This document shows, piece after piece, positions 1 to 9,377 of a stretch of DNA of 64,000 nt (positions are counted from its first letter, which is position 1; each line of letters begins with the position of its first letter). The position numbers and the translations under genes were made by a program. The stretch comes from an uncultured Acidobacteriaceae bacterium (lineage in GTDB: Bacteria > Acidobacteriota > Terriglobia > Terriglobales > Acidobacteriaceae). Location: NCBI GenBank assembly GCA_963794965.1, contig CAWCFQ010000004.1, positions 654,789-718,788 of the forward strand, in the 5' to 3' direction. Under the pieces are notes generated by a model. That model saw nothing but the letters and a program-made list of their open reading frames with translations. It had not been told where the DNA came from and ran no database searches.

Positions 1-271
1 GGATGGCACCGTGATGAACAAAGCTAGATTCATCGCCAGCAACAAAGATCCTGACGTGCAGGTCAGTCTGTTGGTGAATGATGGAGTCGACGTCCACTTT
101 TATTATCCGGGCGTTGCGGTGGTAACTGGGGCTTACCACTTCAAGGGCACAAACAAGGGAAAACCGTTCGATCGCTACGGCCGCTTCACCGATACGTGGA
201 TATCCTCCGCAGGTCAATGGGTGTGCGTAGCGAGTCATGCCAGTCTGGTGAAGAAGCCGAGCTCCCACTAG
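1..271 (+). CDS. C-terminal part of an NTF2-fold (SnoaL/DUF4440-like) protein; the 5' end lies outside the window
   Basis: The frame is open to the window edge. The tail GRFTDTWISSAGQWVCVASHAS resembles the terminal strands of DUF4440/SnoaL-type proteins. Assignment is from memory only. Confidence 0.4.
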   Translation, partial: DGTVMNKARFIASNKDPDVQVSLLVNDGVDVHFYYPGVAVVTGAYHFKGTNKGKPFDRYGRFTDTWISSAGQWVCVASHASLVKKPSSH

Positions 272-341
272 ACCGCAAGGGTGCATGGGACGCCTTTCCA
301 GGATTATTGCGGACGTGAGCAAAGCGGGAGCCCGCAGAGCC

Positions 342-390
342 TGTCCTGAGCACAGTCGAAGGACGAAATCCTGAGCAACGCGAGGGATCC
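342..390. repeat. Two tandem REP-like units (TCCTGAGC-N-CGAAGGAC / TCCTGAGC-N-CGAGGGATCC)
   Basis: tgtcctgagcacagtcgaaggac is followed by atcctgagcaacgcgagggatcc. The same motif (gtcatcctgagcgaagcgaaggacc) recurs at 57655-57679. Confidence 0.5.
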
Positions 391-419
391 GAAAATAAGT
401 GCGATGATGGCAGGTAGAG

Positions 420-496
420 TGGTGCGCCCGGAGAGAATCGAACTCCCAACCTCTTGGTTCGTAGCCAAGCACTCTATCCAATTGAGCTACGGGCGC
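420..496 (-). tRNA. tRNA-Arg (anticodon ACG)
   Basis: The reverse complement GCGCCCGTAGCTCAATTGGATAGAGTGCTTGGCTACGAACCAAGAGGTTGGGAGTTCGATTCTCTCCGGGCGCACCA folds as a 77-nt cloverleaf. It has a 7-bp acceptor stem, anticodon stem CTTGG/CCAAG with loop CTACGAA, a TTCGATT T-loop and an encoded CCA. Confidence 0.95.
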
Positions 497-984
497 ATCG
501 CGGCAGAATTGTGTTCTTGAATTATAACGGAACCGAATCGTTTCGCCCAACCCCGATCGCCGATCTGCTCTCCCAAGAACCGGATTCAGAGTGTGCTGAC
601 CCTTCCGATCCGCGCTGAATGTCTGGCTGTGGAAATCGGCGCCCTGCCGAGAACAAAGATTTGTAATTTAGAGTAAAAGTTTCCGGCCTCAGCGCAAAAC
701 CTACCCGCCCCAGCGTTCCACTCATACGCGCTGGCAAGGCCTTAGCGATGGCACACGACATGCTTCTTGTTGCGTCAGACGAAGTGGCGCGCAACGGGGC
801 ATCTTGGAAATTACTTCGGCCAGAGGTCTTTCCGAATGCCCCTTTGCACATGCTTCGTTGGTCTCGTCAGAGCGCGCTCCGCCCCGCTTCCCGGCCCTCC
901 CCCGAGAGTCCTCCTGCTGGCTGAGGATTAGCAGGGAAACGGGCGGAGTGCGGTCTGATCGCGTCTCACTTCTCGCCAAAAATC

Positions 985-1212
985 TCAGGCAAGAACTAAC
1001 TGGCTCTGCACGTCGATACCGGACTCGCGCAGCAACTTGGCCACTGTGTCGCTCTTCATTCGCGAGGCATCGAACAGCACACGCACCGTCCGTTCTTTCT
1101 CATCGAACTTGATGCGCTGGATGCCATAGACTTCACGCACACTGTCAATGGCCCGCAACGCAGCTTCTCCGGGCGGAGTCTGGTAGCGGTAGGCAGCTTC
1201 AAGGTACGTCAT
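985..1212 (-). CDS. Small hypothetical protein; its pattern resembles an HMA/ferredoxin-like fold but has no CxxC
   Basis: 75-aa ORF with sensible composition, divergent from copA. The segment ERTVRVLFDASRMKSDTVAKLLRESGIDV resembles the second half of heavy-metal-associated domains, but no metal-binding cysteines are present. Confidence 0.45.
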   Translation of the reverse strand: MTYLEAAYRYQTPPGEAALRAIDSVREVYGIQRIKFDEKERTVRVLFDASRMKSDTVAKLLRESGIDVQSQLVLA

Positions 1213-1371
1213 TTCATTTCTCCCAAAGAATAGGTTCGAGGATTACCCTTTGAGTATCTAATAAGTGCTGGCTTCCGCCAAGCCCAAGCTCGTATAGGGC
1301 CGGCCGCGCTCGGCCACTGTCGGCAATCATCGCGAATTCTGGTTCGATGTAGACTTCTGGCAACGAAAATT

Positions 1372-3894
1372 ATGGACCACCGAGGCCCCGTGGACATCCC
1401 AAACGCCGCATCGTCTCCCGCCAAGGCGAAAGACCCCGTCTGTGGCATGGATGTGAATCCGGCCACGGCTCGCCACACGACTCTGCACAAAGGCAAAGAG
1501 TATTTCTTTTGTTGTGCCGGGTGCCTCGCAAAATTCCAGGCGAATCCCGAGAAGATTCTGTCCTCCCCACCCAAACCGATGGGGTCGGGTCTGGTGTCAC
1601 TCGGCGGTCCGACCTTGGTCATGCCAGCACTAACCAAGCCGCCTGCAATTGCTACGCTGCCAGCCGACGCCGCAAAAGACACGCGCGCCTATGTCTGTCC
1701 CATGTGCCCGGAGGTGCGACAAATCGGGCCCGGACCGTGTCCCAAGTGTGGCATGGCGCTGGATCCCGAATCGCCAGCGCTCCTCGCGACCAAGACGGAG
1801 TACACCTGCCCCATGCATCCCGAGATCGTGCGCCCAGGGCCAGGAAGTTGTCCAATTTGCGGCATGGCTCTTGAGCCGCGCACGGTGACCGTCGAAGAAG
1901 ACAATCCCGAACTGCGCGACATGACAAGGCGCTTCTGGATCAGCCTGGCGCTAACCGTGCCGCTCCTGGTTGTGGCCATGGAGGTGATGGCGGTTAGGTC
2001 GGGCTTGGGGGTACAGCCTACTTCTTCGGGAGGGGCGCGGCCGTGGGTCGAGCTGCTGCTCGCCACACCCGTAGTCCTCTGGGGCGGCTGGCCCTTCTTC
2101 CAGCGCGGATGGGCGTCGCTGGTGAATCGCAGCACCAACATGTTCACGCTGATCGCTATGGGCACCGGCGTGGCGTACTCCTACAGCGTGGTAGCGACGG
2201 TGTTCCCGCAGATATTTCCGGCGTCGTTTCGCACGATGACTGACCGCCCGGATGTTTACTTTGAAGCTGCCGCCGCCATCGTCACGCTCGTACTGCTGGG
2301 ACAAGTCCTGGAACTGCGCGCCCGCAGCCGCACGTCAAGCGCAATCCGGGCGCTGCTCGATCTCAGCCCGAAGATGGCGCGCCTATTGAGCGAAGATGGC
2401 TCCGAGCGCGACATCCCGCTCGGACAGGTAAAGCCCGGAGATCGCCTCCGCGTCCGTCCGGGAGAAAAGATCCCCGTAGATGGCGTTGTGCTGGAGGGAT
2501 CGAGCGCAGTGGATGAGTCCATGATCACCGGCGAATCCATTCCCGTGGAGAAGGCAGTTGGGTCGCGTGTAATCGGCGCAACCGTGAACGGCGCCGGATC
2601 TCTGGTGATGCGTGCCGAGCGCGTAGGCAGCGAGACCATGCTGGCGCAGATCGTGCAGATGGTAAGCCAGGCGCAGCGCACGCGTGCCCCCATCCAACGC
2701 CTGGCGGATAAAGTCGCCGGTTGGTTCGTGCCGGCGGTAATCGCCATTGCGGTAGTGACCTTCATAGCCTGGGTGAGTTTCGGCCCAGAGCCGCGTTTCG
2801 CGCACGCCATCGTGAACGCCGTGGCCGTGTTGATCATCGCGTGTCCTTGCGCACTGGGCCTGGCAACGCCCATGGCGATCATGGTCGGCACCGGACGCGG
2901 CGCGCACGCCGGCGTCCTCATCAAGAATGCTGAGGCGCTCGAAACGCTGGAGAAAGTTGACACCATCGTCTTCGACAAGACCGGCACGCTGACCGAGGGA
3001 AAACCGAAGGTCGTGGCATACAGCGATCCCGAGGTCGTTCGCCTCGCAGCCAGCGTGGAGCGTGCGAGTGAACATCCCTTAGCAGCCGCCATCATGGACC
3101 TGGCCAGCCATCTGAATCTGAAGCTCTCTGACGTTTCTGGGTTTGAGTATCTGCCGGGCAAGGGTGTTAAAGGCTTCGTCGAGGGCAGGAGAATCGCGGC
3201 AGGGAATTGGGCGCTCATGACGGACCTCGGTGTTTTCGGCTCGGGACGCAAAACCGCGGCTTCGGTGCTAACGGTGCCCGGCGCGACTCAGGTCTATGTT
3301 GCCATCGACGGTCAATACGCCGGAAACATCGCCATTGCAGATCCGCTCAAGGCAACTGCAGTCGCCGCGCTGCGCGAGTTAAAGGCCCAGCGCATCCGCA
3401 TCGTCATGCTCACCGGCGACAACCCGCCAACGGCAAAGGAGATCGCCAACAAATTAGGCATTGATGATTTTCGCGCCGAGGTTTTGCCCGCGCAAAAGGC
3501 CGAGATCGTCAAGAGTCTCCAGAGCGAAGGCCGGGTGGTAGCGATGGCAGGGGACGGCATCAACGACGCACCCGCTCTGGCTCAGGCGCAAGTAGGAATC
3601 GCCATGGGGACGGGAACCGACATCGCCATGGAAAGTGCCGGCATCACCCTGCTGAAAGGAGATCTTGAAGGAATTCTGCGCGCCCGCAAACTGAGCCAGG
3701 CCACCATGCGCAACATCCGCCAGAACCTGTTCTTCGCGTTCGTCTACAACTCAATAGGAGTGCCAATAGCGGCAGGCGTGCTGTATCCCGTATTCGGATT
3801 GCTATTGAGCCCGATTCTGGCCGCCGCCGCGATGAGCTTCAGTTCAGTGTCCGTAATCACGAACTCGTTGCGCTTGCGCAAAGTAAAGCTTTAG
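1372..3894 (+). CDS. copA: Copper-translocating P1B-type ATPase
   Basis: 840 aa with P1B signatures [13 protein letters not shown] (CPC), [10 protein letters not shown] and [10 protein letters not shown]. The N-terminus carries a YHS/TRASH-like CGM...FFCCAGC module and two [14 protein letters not shown] / [14 protein letters not shown] modules. Confidence 0.95.
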   Translation: MDHRGPVDIPNAASSPAKAKDPVCGMDVNPATARHTTLHKGKEYFFCCAGCLAKFQANPEKILSSPPKPMGSGLVSLGGPTLVMPALTKPPAIATLPADAAKDTRAYVCPMCPEVRQIGPGPCPKCGMALDPESPALLATKTEYTCPMHPEIVRPGPGSCPICGMALEPRTVTVEEDNPELRDMTRRFWISLALTVPLLVVAMEVMAVRSGLGVQPTSSGGARPWVELLLATPVVLWGGWPFFQRGWASLVNRSTNMFTLIAMGTGVAYSYSVVATVFPQIFPASFRTMTDRPDVYFEAAAAIVTLVLLGQVLELRARSRTSSAIRALLDLSPKMARLLSEDGSERDIPLGQVKPGDRLRVRPGEKIPVDGVVLEGSSAVDESMITGESIPVEKAVGSRVIGATVNGAGSLVMRAERVGSETMLAQIVQMVSQAQRTRAPIQRLADKVAGWFVPAVIAIAVVTFIAWVSFGPEPRFAHAIVNAVAVLIIACPCALGLATPMAIMVGTGRGAHAGVLIKNAEALETLEKVDTIVFDKTGTLTEGKPKVVAYSDPEVVRLAASVERASEHPLAAAIMDLASHLNLKLSDVSGFEYLPGKGVKGFVEGRRIAAGNWALMTDLGVFGSGRKTAASVLTVPGATQVYVAIDGQYAGNIAIADPLKATAVAALRELKAQRIRIVMLTGDNPPTAKEIANKLGIDDFRAEVLPAQKAEIVKSLQSEGRVVAMAGDGINDAPALAQAQVGIAMGTGTDIAMESAGITLLKGDLEGILRARKLSQATMRNIRQNLFFAFVYNSIGVPIAAGVLYPVFGLLLSPILAAAAMSFSSVSVITNSLRLRKVKL

Positions 3895-3971
3895 GTCTCA
3901 GGTGTCAGGTGTCAGGAAAGCCAACATCGATTTTGCTTTTCCTGAGACCCGACACCTAAGACCTAAGACCT
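3893..3971. repeat. Imperfect word hairpin, GTGTCAGG / CCTGAGAC family; likely bidirectional terminator
   Basis: Left arm is aggtctcaggtgtcaggtgtcagg and right arm is cctgagacccgacacctaagacctaagacct. About 24 positions pair with 3 mismatches. It lies between convergent copA and the TlpA-like gene. The left arm plus aaagcc recurs at 40737. Confidence 0.7.
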
Positions 3972-3974
3972 GCC

Positions 3975-4472
3975 TCACAACTTGTTCAGATAATCCGTCA
4001 CTTCCGGACTCGTCCAATCCACGGGCCCGATAAACTTGCGCCGGATCACGCCGCCACGGTCGATTACGTAGGTTTCCGGCCATCCAAACGTGCCATAGAG
4101 CGAAGCCGCCTTCTTCGCCTCATCCCGCACCGTGACCATGTTGACACGATAGTCCTTGAGGAACTTGTGGTACGCCGCGTCATCAGCGTCAATGCTAACC
4201 GCCAGCACCACGACGCCCTTATCCTTGAGGCGCGCCTGCATCTGAACCAGCGATGGAGTCTCTTCGACACAGGGCGGGCACCATGTAGCCCAGAAATTCA
4301 GCACCACCACCTGCCCGCGAAACTGGCTGAGCGTGACTTTGTGGTCGGAATCCTGCAAGGTAAAGTCCGGGGCGTTCGAACCGATGCGCGCGGGATGGCT
4401 CCCGCTGTAGCATCCGATCAGCGCAAGCAGCAATCCAATCGTTAGCGGCGTGAAAAGGAGCGTTTGTCTCAC
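3975..4472 (-). CDS. TlpA/ResA-family thiol-disulfide oxidoreductase (thioredoxin fold), probable lipoprotein
   Basis: Carries the WATWCPPCVEE active-site motif and the signal LLFTPLTIGLLLALIGC with a lipobox. The ORF track starts at 4508 (GTG), which overlaps the divergent GT2 start. The GTG at 4472 gives a cleaner signal peptide. Confidence 0.8.
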   Translation of the reverse strand: MRQTLLFTPLTIGLLLALIGCYSGSHPARIGSNAPDFTLQDSDHKVTLSQFRGQVVVLNFWATWCPPCVEETPSLVQMQARLKDKGVVVLAVSIDADDAAYHKFLKDYRVNMVTVRDEAKKAASLYGTFGWPETYVIDRGGVIRRKFIGPVDWTSPEVTDYLNKL

Positions 4473-4495
4473 CCCGCTATAATAGCGAAAAACCG

Positions 4496-5620
4496 ATGGA
4501 TAGTTCACTTCCAGCCACGTTGCCGCAGTCGCCGACCCCGGGAGCCTCGAATCGAGAGGTCTCGATTATTATTCCGGCGCGGAACGAAGAGGATAGCCTC
4601 GGCGGCTGTCTGCAATCCTTGACCGCACAAACCGGTGTCGCATTGGAAATCATCGTGGTCGACGACGGCTCCACCGACCGCACGCGCGCGATCGCGGAGA
4701 GTTTTGCCGGTGTGCGGGTGATCTCCGCGGGAACCGTGCATGCAGGTTGGACGGGAAAGAACAATGCGGTCGTTGCCGGAGCGAGAGCAGCGCGCGCGAA
4801 GTGGCTCTTGTTTACCGACGCCGACACCGTGCATCTCCCCGGATCGCTGGCGCGCGCGTTAGCGGAAGCCAAAAAGGAGGGAGCCGATTTGCTCTCGTAC
4901 TCGCCGGAGCAGATCGTGGTCACCTTTGCCGAGCGGGCGGTGATGCCCGTAATCTTCGCGGAACTCGCCGCACAGTATCCGCCCCACAAAGTGCGCGAGC
5001 AGGGTGCCGAAATCGCAGCCGCGAATGGCCAGTACATTCTGGTCCGCCGCGCAGCTTACGATGCCGTAGGCGGACACGCCGCAGTAGCCACGGAAATACT
5101 CGAGGACGTGGCGTTGGCCAACCTGTTCCGCAATGCCGGCCAGCGCCTCCACTTCCGTTATGGCGAAGACGCGGTTCGCACGCGGATGTACCGCAACTGG
5201 GCCCAGCTTCGAGAGGGTTGGACAAAGAATCTGGCGCTCTTATTCCCTCGACCGGAATTTCTCGCTGTCCAGGCTCTGATCTTATGGTTGGCTGCGTGGT
5301 CGACAATTGCCATCGCAGTGTCGGGCGTAACCAGCCGGCACTTCGTCTGGATTTTGGCAGCCGCTTTCTGGCTGTTGGTGTACCGCCGAATTTGCGCCGC
5401 GCATTTCGCAGCGGTGAACAACATGCTGGCGATGGTTTTCGGTCTGCCCATGTTCGCCTATCTCCTGATACGTTCAAAGAAGGCCCAAGCGAGCGGCCAG
5501 GTATCATGGAAGGGCCGTACCTACAGCACAGGCTCACCCAGTAAAAGCGCGTCCACCAGAATGCAAGCGTCCAGACCGATTTCGAAGATAGAGAGTCAAG
5601 AACTGAGAGCTGAAAACTGA
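4496..5620 (+). CDS. Family 2 glycosyltransferase with C-terminal membrane segments
   Basis: Shows SIIIPARNEEDSL, VVDDGSTDRT and FTDADT motifs plus a hydrophobic C-terminal half. The last ~10 codons and the stop lie inside a CTGAGAGCTG word repeat. Confidence 0.75.
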   Translation: MDSSLPATLPQSPTPGASNREVSIIIPARNEEDSLGGCLQSLTAQTGVALEIIVVDDGSTDRTRAIAESFAGVRVISAGTVHAGWTGKNNAVVAGARAARAKWLLFTDADTVHLPGSLARALAEAKKEGADLLSYSPEQIVVTFAERAVMPVIFAELAAQYPPHKVREQGAEIAAANGQYILVRRAAYDAVGGHAAVATEILEDVALANLFRNAGQRLHFRYGEDAVRTRMYRNWAQLREGWTKNLALLFPRPEFLAVQALILWLAAWSTIAIAVSGVTSRHFVWILAAAFWLLVYRRICAAHFAAVNNMLAMVFGLPMFAYLLIRSKKAQASGQVSWKGRTYSTGSPSKSASTRMQASRPISKIESQELRAEN

Positions 5621-5633
5621 GAGCTGAGAGCTG
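5603..5633. repeat. Tandem word repeat CTGAGAGCTG(A)
   Basis: The sequence ctgagagctgaaaactgagagctgagagctg overlaps the 3' end of the GT2 ORF. A related copy lies at 11880-11903. Confidence 0.7.
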
Positions 5634-5638
5634 TTTCT

Positions 5639-6049
5639 ATGGTCTATCTCACACGCAAAGCTGAATTCTCCGCCTCGCATTACTACCACAACCCGGAATT
5701 CACTCCGGAGGAGAACCAACGCCTCTTCGGCAAGTGCAATAATCCCAATGGCCACGGACACAACTACACTCTCGAAGTGACGGTGAAGGGAGCCGTCGAT
5801 CCCAAGTCGGGCTTCGTCGTCAACCTGAAGCAATTGAAGGATGTCATGAGCAGGGAAGTGCTCGACGCGCTCGACCATCGTTTCCTGAACAAAGAAGTGC
5901 CCGAGTTTTTCACCAGGATCCCGACCACGGAGAACCTCGCCATCGTCATCTGGCAGCGCCTCGCGCCCAAACTCACCGCTACCCAATTGCACCGCGTCCG
6001 CGTCTACGAAACGCCCGACCTCTTTGTCGATTTCTATGGGGAAGCATGA
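5639..6049 (+). CDS. 6-pyruvoyl-tetrahydropterin synthase, eukaryote-like type (PTPS/QueD superfamily)
   Basis: FGKCNNPNGHGHNY, LDHRFLN and TTEN motifs, and overall collinearity with animal PTPS as I remember it. Confidence 0.85.
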   Translation: MVYLTRKAEFSASHYYHNPEFTPEENQRLFGKCNNPNGHGHNYTLEVTVKGAVDPKSGFVVNLKQLKDVMSREVLDALDHRFLNKEVPEFFTRIPTTENLAIVIWQRLAPKLTATQLHRVRVYETPDLFVDFYGEA

Positions 6050-6477
6050 AAACGAAAAGCATGAAAGCGCATCTAACCCGGCGCTACATGTTCTCAGCGT
6101 CACACCGCTTGCACAGCGACGAGATGTCGGCGGAAGAAAACCACGCGACCTATGGCAAATGCAATAATCCCTACGGACACGGCCACAACTACACCGTCGA
6201 GGTCACCGTCAGTGGGCTGGTCGATGACCAGACGGGAATGGTTTGCAATCTGGTCGATCTGGATGGCTTCGTGCACAACGAGATTCTCGAGCGCTACGAC
6301 CACCAGAATCTAAATCTGCTCGAGGAATTCGCGAAACAGGTACCGACCACGGAAAACCTATGCATAGCGATCTACGAAATAGTGAAGCGCGGCTTTGATA
6401 AGGCTCATCTAGAAAAAGTGAGAATTGAAGAGACGATGATGAACTCGTTCGAATATGGTGGAGAAAACGGTCTCTAG
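6046..6477 (+). CDS. Second PTPS paralogue, start overlapping the upstream stop (ATGA)
   Basis: YGKCNNPYGHGHNY, YDHQNLN and TTEN motifs are retained. There is a 4-nt overlap with the first copy. Confidence 0.85.
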   Translation: MKTKSMKAHLTRRYMFSASHRLHSDEMSAEENHATYGKCNNPYGHGHNYTVEVTVSGLVDDQTGMVCNLVDLDGFVHNEILERYDHQNLNLLEEFAKQVPTTENLCIAIYEIVKRGFDKAHLEKVRIEETMMNSFEYGGENGL

Positions 6478-6540
6478 TTGCTGGTCGCGGGTCGCTGGCA
6501 GCGACAGTTTGCCAACGACCAACGACCATCGACCAACGAC
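6477..6540. repeat. Imperfect word hairpin, CCAACGAC family
   Basis: Left arm is gttgctggtcgcgggtcgctgg and right arm is gccaacgaccaacgaccatcgaccaacgac. The right arm plus taaa(a)gcc is homologous to 8177-8203. Confidence 0.55.
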
Positions 6541-6549
6541 TAAAAGCCT

Positions 6550-7149
6550 ATGAAACCAGCCACTGAATCCAGCACTCTGACCAGCGCCACCTACGAAGAA
6601 CTAGTTCGCGAGATGCTCGTTCGCCTCGGCGAAGATCCCGATCGCGAGGGCCTTGTGCGCACTCCGGCGCGCGTGCAAAAAGCCATGCAATTCTTAGTCA
6701 AGGGCTACAAGGACGACCCCGAAGCGCTTTTGCGCAAGGCGCTTTTCACGGTCACCTACGACGAGATGGTAATCGTGAAAGACGTCGAAATGTTCAGCCT
6801 GTGCGAGCACCACCTCCTGCCGTTCTTTGGCAAGGTGCACGTCGCCTACATCCCCAACGGAAAAGTGATCGGACTGAGCAAAATTCCCCGCCTCATAGAA
6901 ATATTTTCGCGGCGCTTGCAGATTCAGGAGCGCCTGACCACGCAAATCGCCGAGGCCATCCAGAATGCCATCGAGCCGCAAGGCGTCGGCGTGGTCATCG
7001 AAGCCCGGCATCTCTGCATGATGATGCGCGGGGTCGAGAAACAACATTCTTCGGCGGTAACCTCGTCCATGCTCGGCAGCTTCCGCCACGAAGAGGAAAC
7101 AAGAACCGAATTCCTGTCCCTGATCCGCCAGCGGAGCAATGGTGTGTGA
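6550..7149 (+). CDS. folE: GTP cyclohydrolase I
   Basis: Shows the [21 protein letters not shown] and [11 protein letters not shown] signatures of FolE type 1. Confidence 0.93.
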   Translation: MKPATESSTLTSATYEELVREMLVRLGEDPDREGLVRTPARVQKAMQFLVKGYKDDPEALLRKALFTVTYDEMVIVKDVEMFSLCEHHLLPFFGKVHVAYIPNGKVIGLSKIPRLIEIFSRRLQIQERLTTQIAEAIQNAIEPQGVGVVIEARHLCMMMRGVEKQHSSAVTSSMLGSFRHEEETRTEFLSLIRQRSNGV

Positions 7150-7159
7150 GTAGTAGCTC

Positions 7160-7206
7160 GTGTGGGGACGGGCGCCCTCGCCCGTCCAAGCCGAGCGCAG
7201 CTCGGC
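7160..7206. repeat. Double hairpin repeat GTGTGGGGACGGGCG...CGCCCGTCC plus GCCGAGC-GCA-GCTCGGC
   Basis: ggacgggcg-ccct-cgcccgtcc forms a 9-bp stem and is followed by a 7-bp stem. It lies directly 3' of folE. A near-copy occurs inside an ORF at 56797-56835. Confidence 0.7.
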
Positions 7207-7312
7207 AACTGCCGGCAGTCACAGCAACTTCTGGGACTTGCAGCAACGCTATTGCCGAACTGTGAACTTCCCGCTCGAAAGATCGCGCCCGTTGGAATAA
7301 GCTGAACTGCGC

Positions 7313-8071
7313 ATGCAGAAAGGTCAAATCTCGCCGCGCGAATCCCGGCTCTCCGGCCGCCTTGCCCTGATCACCGGCGCCAATGGCGGCATCGGACTTG
7401 CCATTGCCCGAGCCCTGGCCCGCGCAGGATGCAATCTGGTCATCACCGCCCGCGACCAGCGTACCTTGGACAAGGCGCGCACCGAATTGGAAAAGTTGCA
7501 GCCGCAGGGAGCGAACCTGCATGTGCTGGCGCAGTCCTGCGACGTCCGCAGCCCCGACTCCGTCGACTACCTCTTCGCTCTGGTCCGCAGCCTGCGCCGG
7601 CCGCTCGATATCCTCATCAACAATGCTGGCATTGGACATCCCAACCTCACCGTAGGCGACTTGCCTTACCCCACTTGGATGGAAGTAATCGATACCAACC
7701 TCAACGGCACGTTCCTCGTGACGCAAGCGGCGTTAGCCGCGATGAAACGTGGAAGCACGATCGTGAATAATCTCTCCATCGCCGCCGAGCGTGTGTTCCC
7801 TGGGTCGGCAGCCTACAATGCGTCCAAGCATGGCGCGCTCGGATTTACCAACACCCTGCGCGAAGAGTTGAGGCCGAAAGGCATTCGCGTGATCGCCCTA
7901 ATGCCCGGCGCAACCGACACCGCAATCTGGCACACGCTCTGGCCCCAAGCGCCAAGAGGCAAGATGATGTCCGCCGAAACCGTAGCCCGCACGGTGGTCG
8001 ATGTATTGCTGATGCCCGAAAACACAACCGTAGAAAAAATAGTGGTGATGCCGTCAAGCGGTACACTGTAG
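7313..8071 (+). CDS. Short-chain dehydrogenase/reductase (SDR)
   Basis: TGANGGIGLAIA Rossmann motif, NNAG, and the YNASK catalytic motif. Confidence 0.85.
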   Translation: MQKGQISPRESRLSGRLALITGANGGIGLAIARALARAGCNLVITARDQRTLDKARTELEKLQPQGANLHVLAQSCDVRSPDSVDYLFALVRSLRRPLDILINNAGIGHPNLTVGDLPYPTWMEVIDTNLNGTFLVTQAALAAMKRGSTIVNNLSIAAERVFPGSAAYNASKHGALGFTNTLREELRPKGIRVIALMPGATDTAIWHTLWPQAPRGKMMSAETVARTVVDVLLMPENTTVEKIVVMPSSGTL

Positions 8072-8135
8072 CGAGCCTGGGTTGGTGAAGCCGGAGGAGC
8101 CACGCGAAGGCTAGCTTGTGCATATCCAACACTTA

Positions 8136-8196
8136 GGTCGTTGCCGGTTGTCGTAGAGCTCTTGCCGTTGTCCGCTAACGACGAACGACCAGCGAC
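8136..8196. repeat. Degenerate word hairpin, CCAACGAC family
   Basis: ggtcgttgccggttgtcgt ... aacgacgaacgaccagcgac. Pairing is weak, but the right arm is clearly homologous to 6514-6545. Confidence 0.4.
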
Positions 8197-8229
8197 TAAA
8201 GCCCGGCGAACCGCGACCGAGAAGAAACA

Positions 8230-8613
8230 ATGTCATTCCTCGATTATTTCAATTCGCTGAAACCCGAACACCGCGCCGCATGGGCCATAGCCATAGCCGC
8301 CGACGTTCTCCAGATCGCCGCCTTCCCAATCTTCGTTGAAGGAGGCATGTCGCCGGCAGACTCGGTGCTAGACCTGATCGTCGCGTTCGTGATGATTCGT
8401 CTGCTCGGATGGCACTGGGCTTTCCTGCCGACGGCCGCTGCGAAACTCATCCCCGCCGCAGACCTTTTTCCCACTTGGACTGCGGCCGTTTGGTTTGTCA
8501 CTCGGCAAAGGGTGAGCGCCAGCTCCGAGGCAAGTCCCAGTCCCAATCCCAATCACAATTCCAAAGACGCGGAGATCCTACCGCCCGGCCCCGCACCAGA
8601 CCCGCGCCGCTGA
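8230..8613 (+). CDS. Hypothetical membrane protein
   Basis: 127-aa ORF with three hydrophobic segments and a Pro/Ser-rich tail. No family recognised. Confidence 0.5.
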   Translation: MSFLDYFNSLKPEHRAAWAIAIAADVLQIAAFPIFVEGGMSPADSVLDLIVAFVMIRLLGWHWAFLPTAAAKLIPAADLFPTWTAAVWFVTRQRVSASSEASPSPNPNHNSKDAEILPPGPAPDPRR

Positions 8614-8678
8614 ACTCAATCAAACCAGAGCTGTCCCCTGTGTTCCTCTGTGCCCGCTGTGGTTAAGAGGTGGGTTCC

Positions 8679-9377
8679 TTACCAGGTCCCATACCGATAC
8701 CGGTGTGGCCGTTCGCGAAACACCTTAATCATGACCACACCCGCGACAAACCCTCCCACATGCGCCCAGAACGCAATCCCGCCCGAGGTCTGGCTGGTTT
8801 CGGCGATCGCGGTTACGGCACCGCTCATGAAATTTCCCACGAACCAGTAGCCCAGCATCAGCCACGCCGGAACGTGAAACAGAAAGATCGGCGGAAACCA
8901 GATCAGCACGCGCGCCCGGGGATACAAGATAAAGTACGCCCCCATCACTCCCGCAATGGCGCCGCTCGCGCCTACGCTGGGCACGCGCGAGCTCTGGTTC
9001 AGCAGAATGTGCGTGACCCCGGCCGCCACTCCGCTCATCAGATAGAACACCAGATAGGAGAAGTGTCCGATGTAGTCTTCGATGTTGTCGCCGAAGATCC
9101 ACAGGAAGAGCATGTTCCCCGCCACGTGTAAGAATGAAGCGTGCAGGAACATCGAAGTAAACAAGGGCAAAATCGCCGTAGCCGCCGGAGCGTAGGAGTG
9201 TCCTGTCAGAACCGCCACCGCGTGGTGAGGCACCACGCCAAACTCCATCATGACCGAATTCAGCACCCGATGGCTGATCGAGAGCTCCCAGAAGAAGACC
9301 AGCAAGTTCAAGATAATAAGAAAATAGTTGACGAACGGCGTAGAGAACGTAGGCTGATCGTCGCGAAGAGGAATCAT
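8679..9377 (-). CDS. Rhomboid-family intramembrane serine protease
   Basis: Shows HASFLHVAGNMLFLW and GASGAIAGVMGAY (GxSG) motifs and is polytopic. Confidence 0.9.
   Translation of the reverse strand: MIPLRDDQPTFSTPFVNYFLIILNLLVFFWELSISHRVLNSVMMEFGVVPHHAVAVLTGHSYAPAATAILPLFTSMFLHASFLHVAGNMLFLWIFGDNIEDYIGHFSYLVFYLMSGVAAGVTHILLNQSSRVPSVGASGAIAGVMGAYFILYPRARVLIWFPPIFLFHVPAWLMLGYWFVGNFMSGAVTAIAETSQTSGGIAFWAHVGGFVAGVVMIKVFRERPHRYRYGTW

Noticed and set aside
850-880. Hammerhead-ribozyme-like CTGACGAG on the minus strand
   Set aside because: Only the CUGANGA-like half is present. No properly spaced GAAA core or flanking helices could be built.
2256-3251. 331-aa minus-strand ORF opposite copA, along with several other ORFs inside 1372-3894
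   Set aside because: It is the antisense shadow of a strongly supported P-type ATPase gene. Its Arg/Ser/Ala/Thr-rich composition is typical of wrong-frame ORFs in GC-rich DNA.
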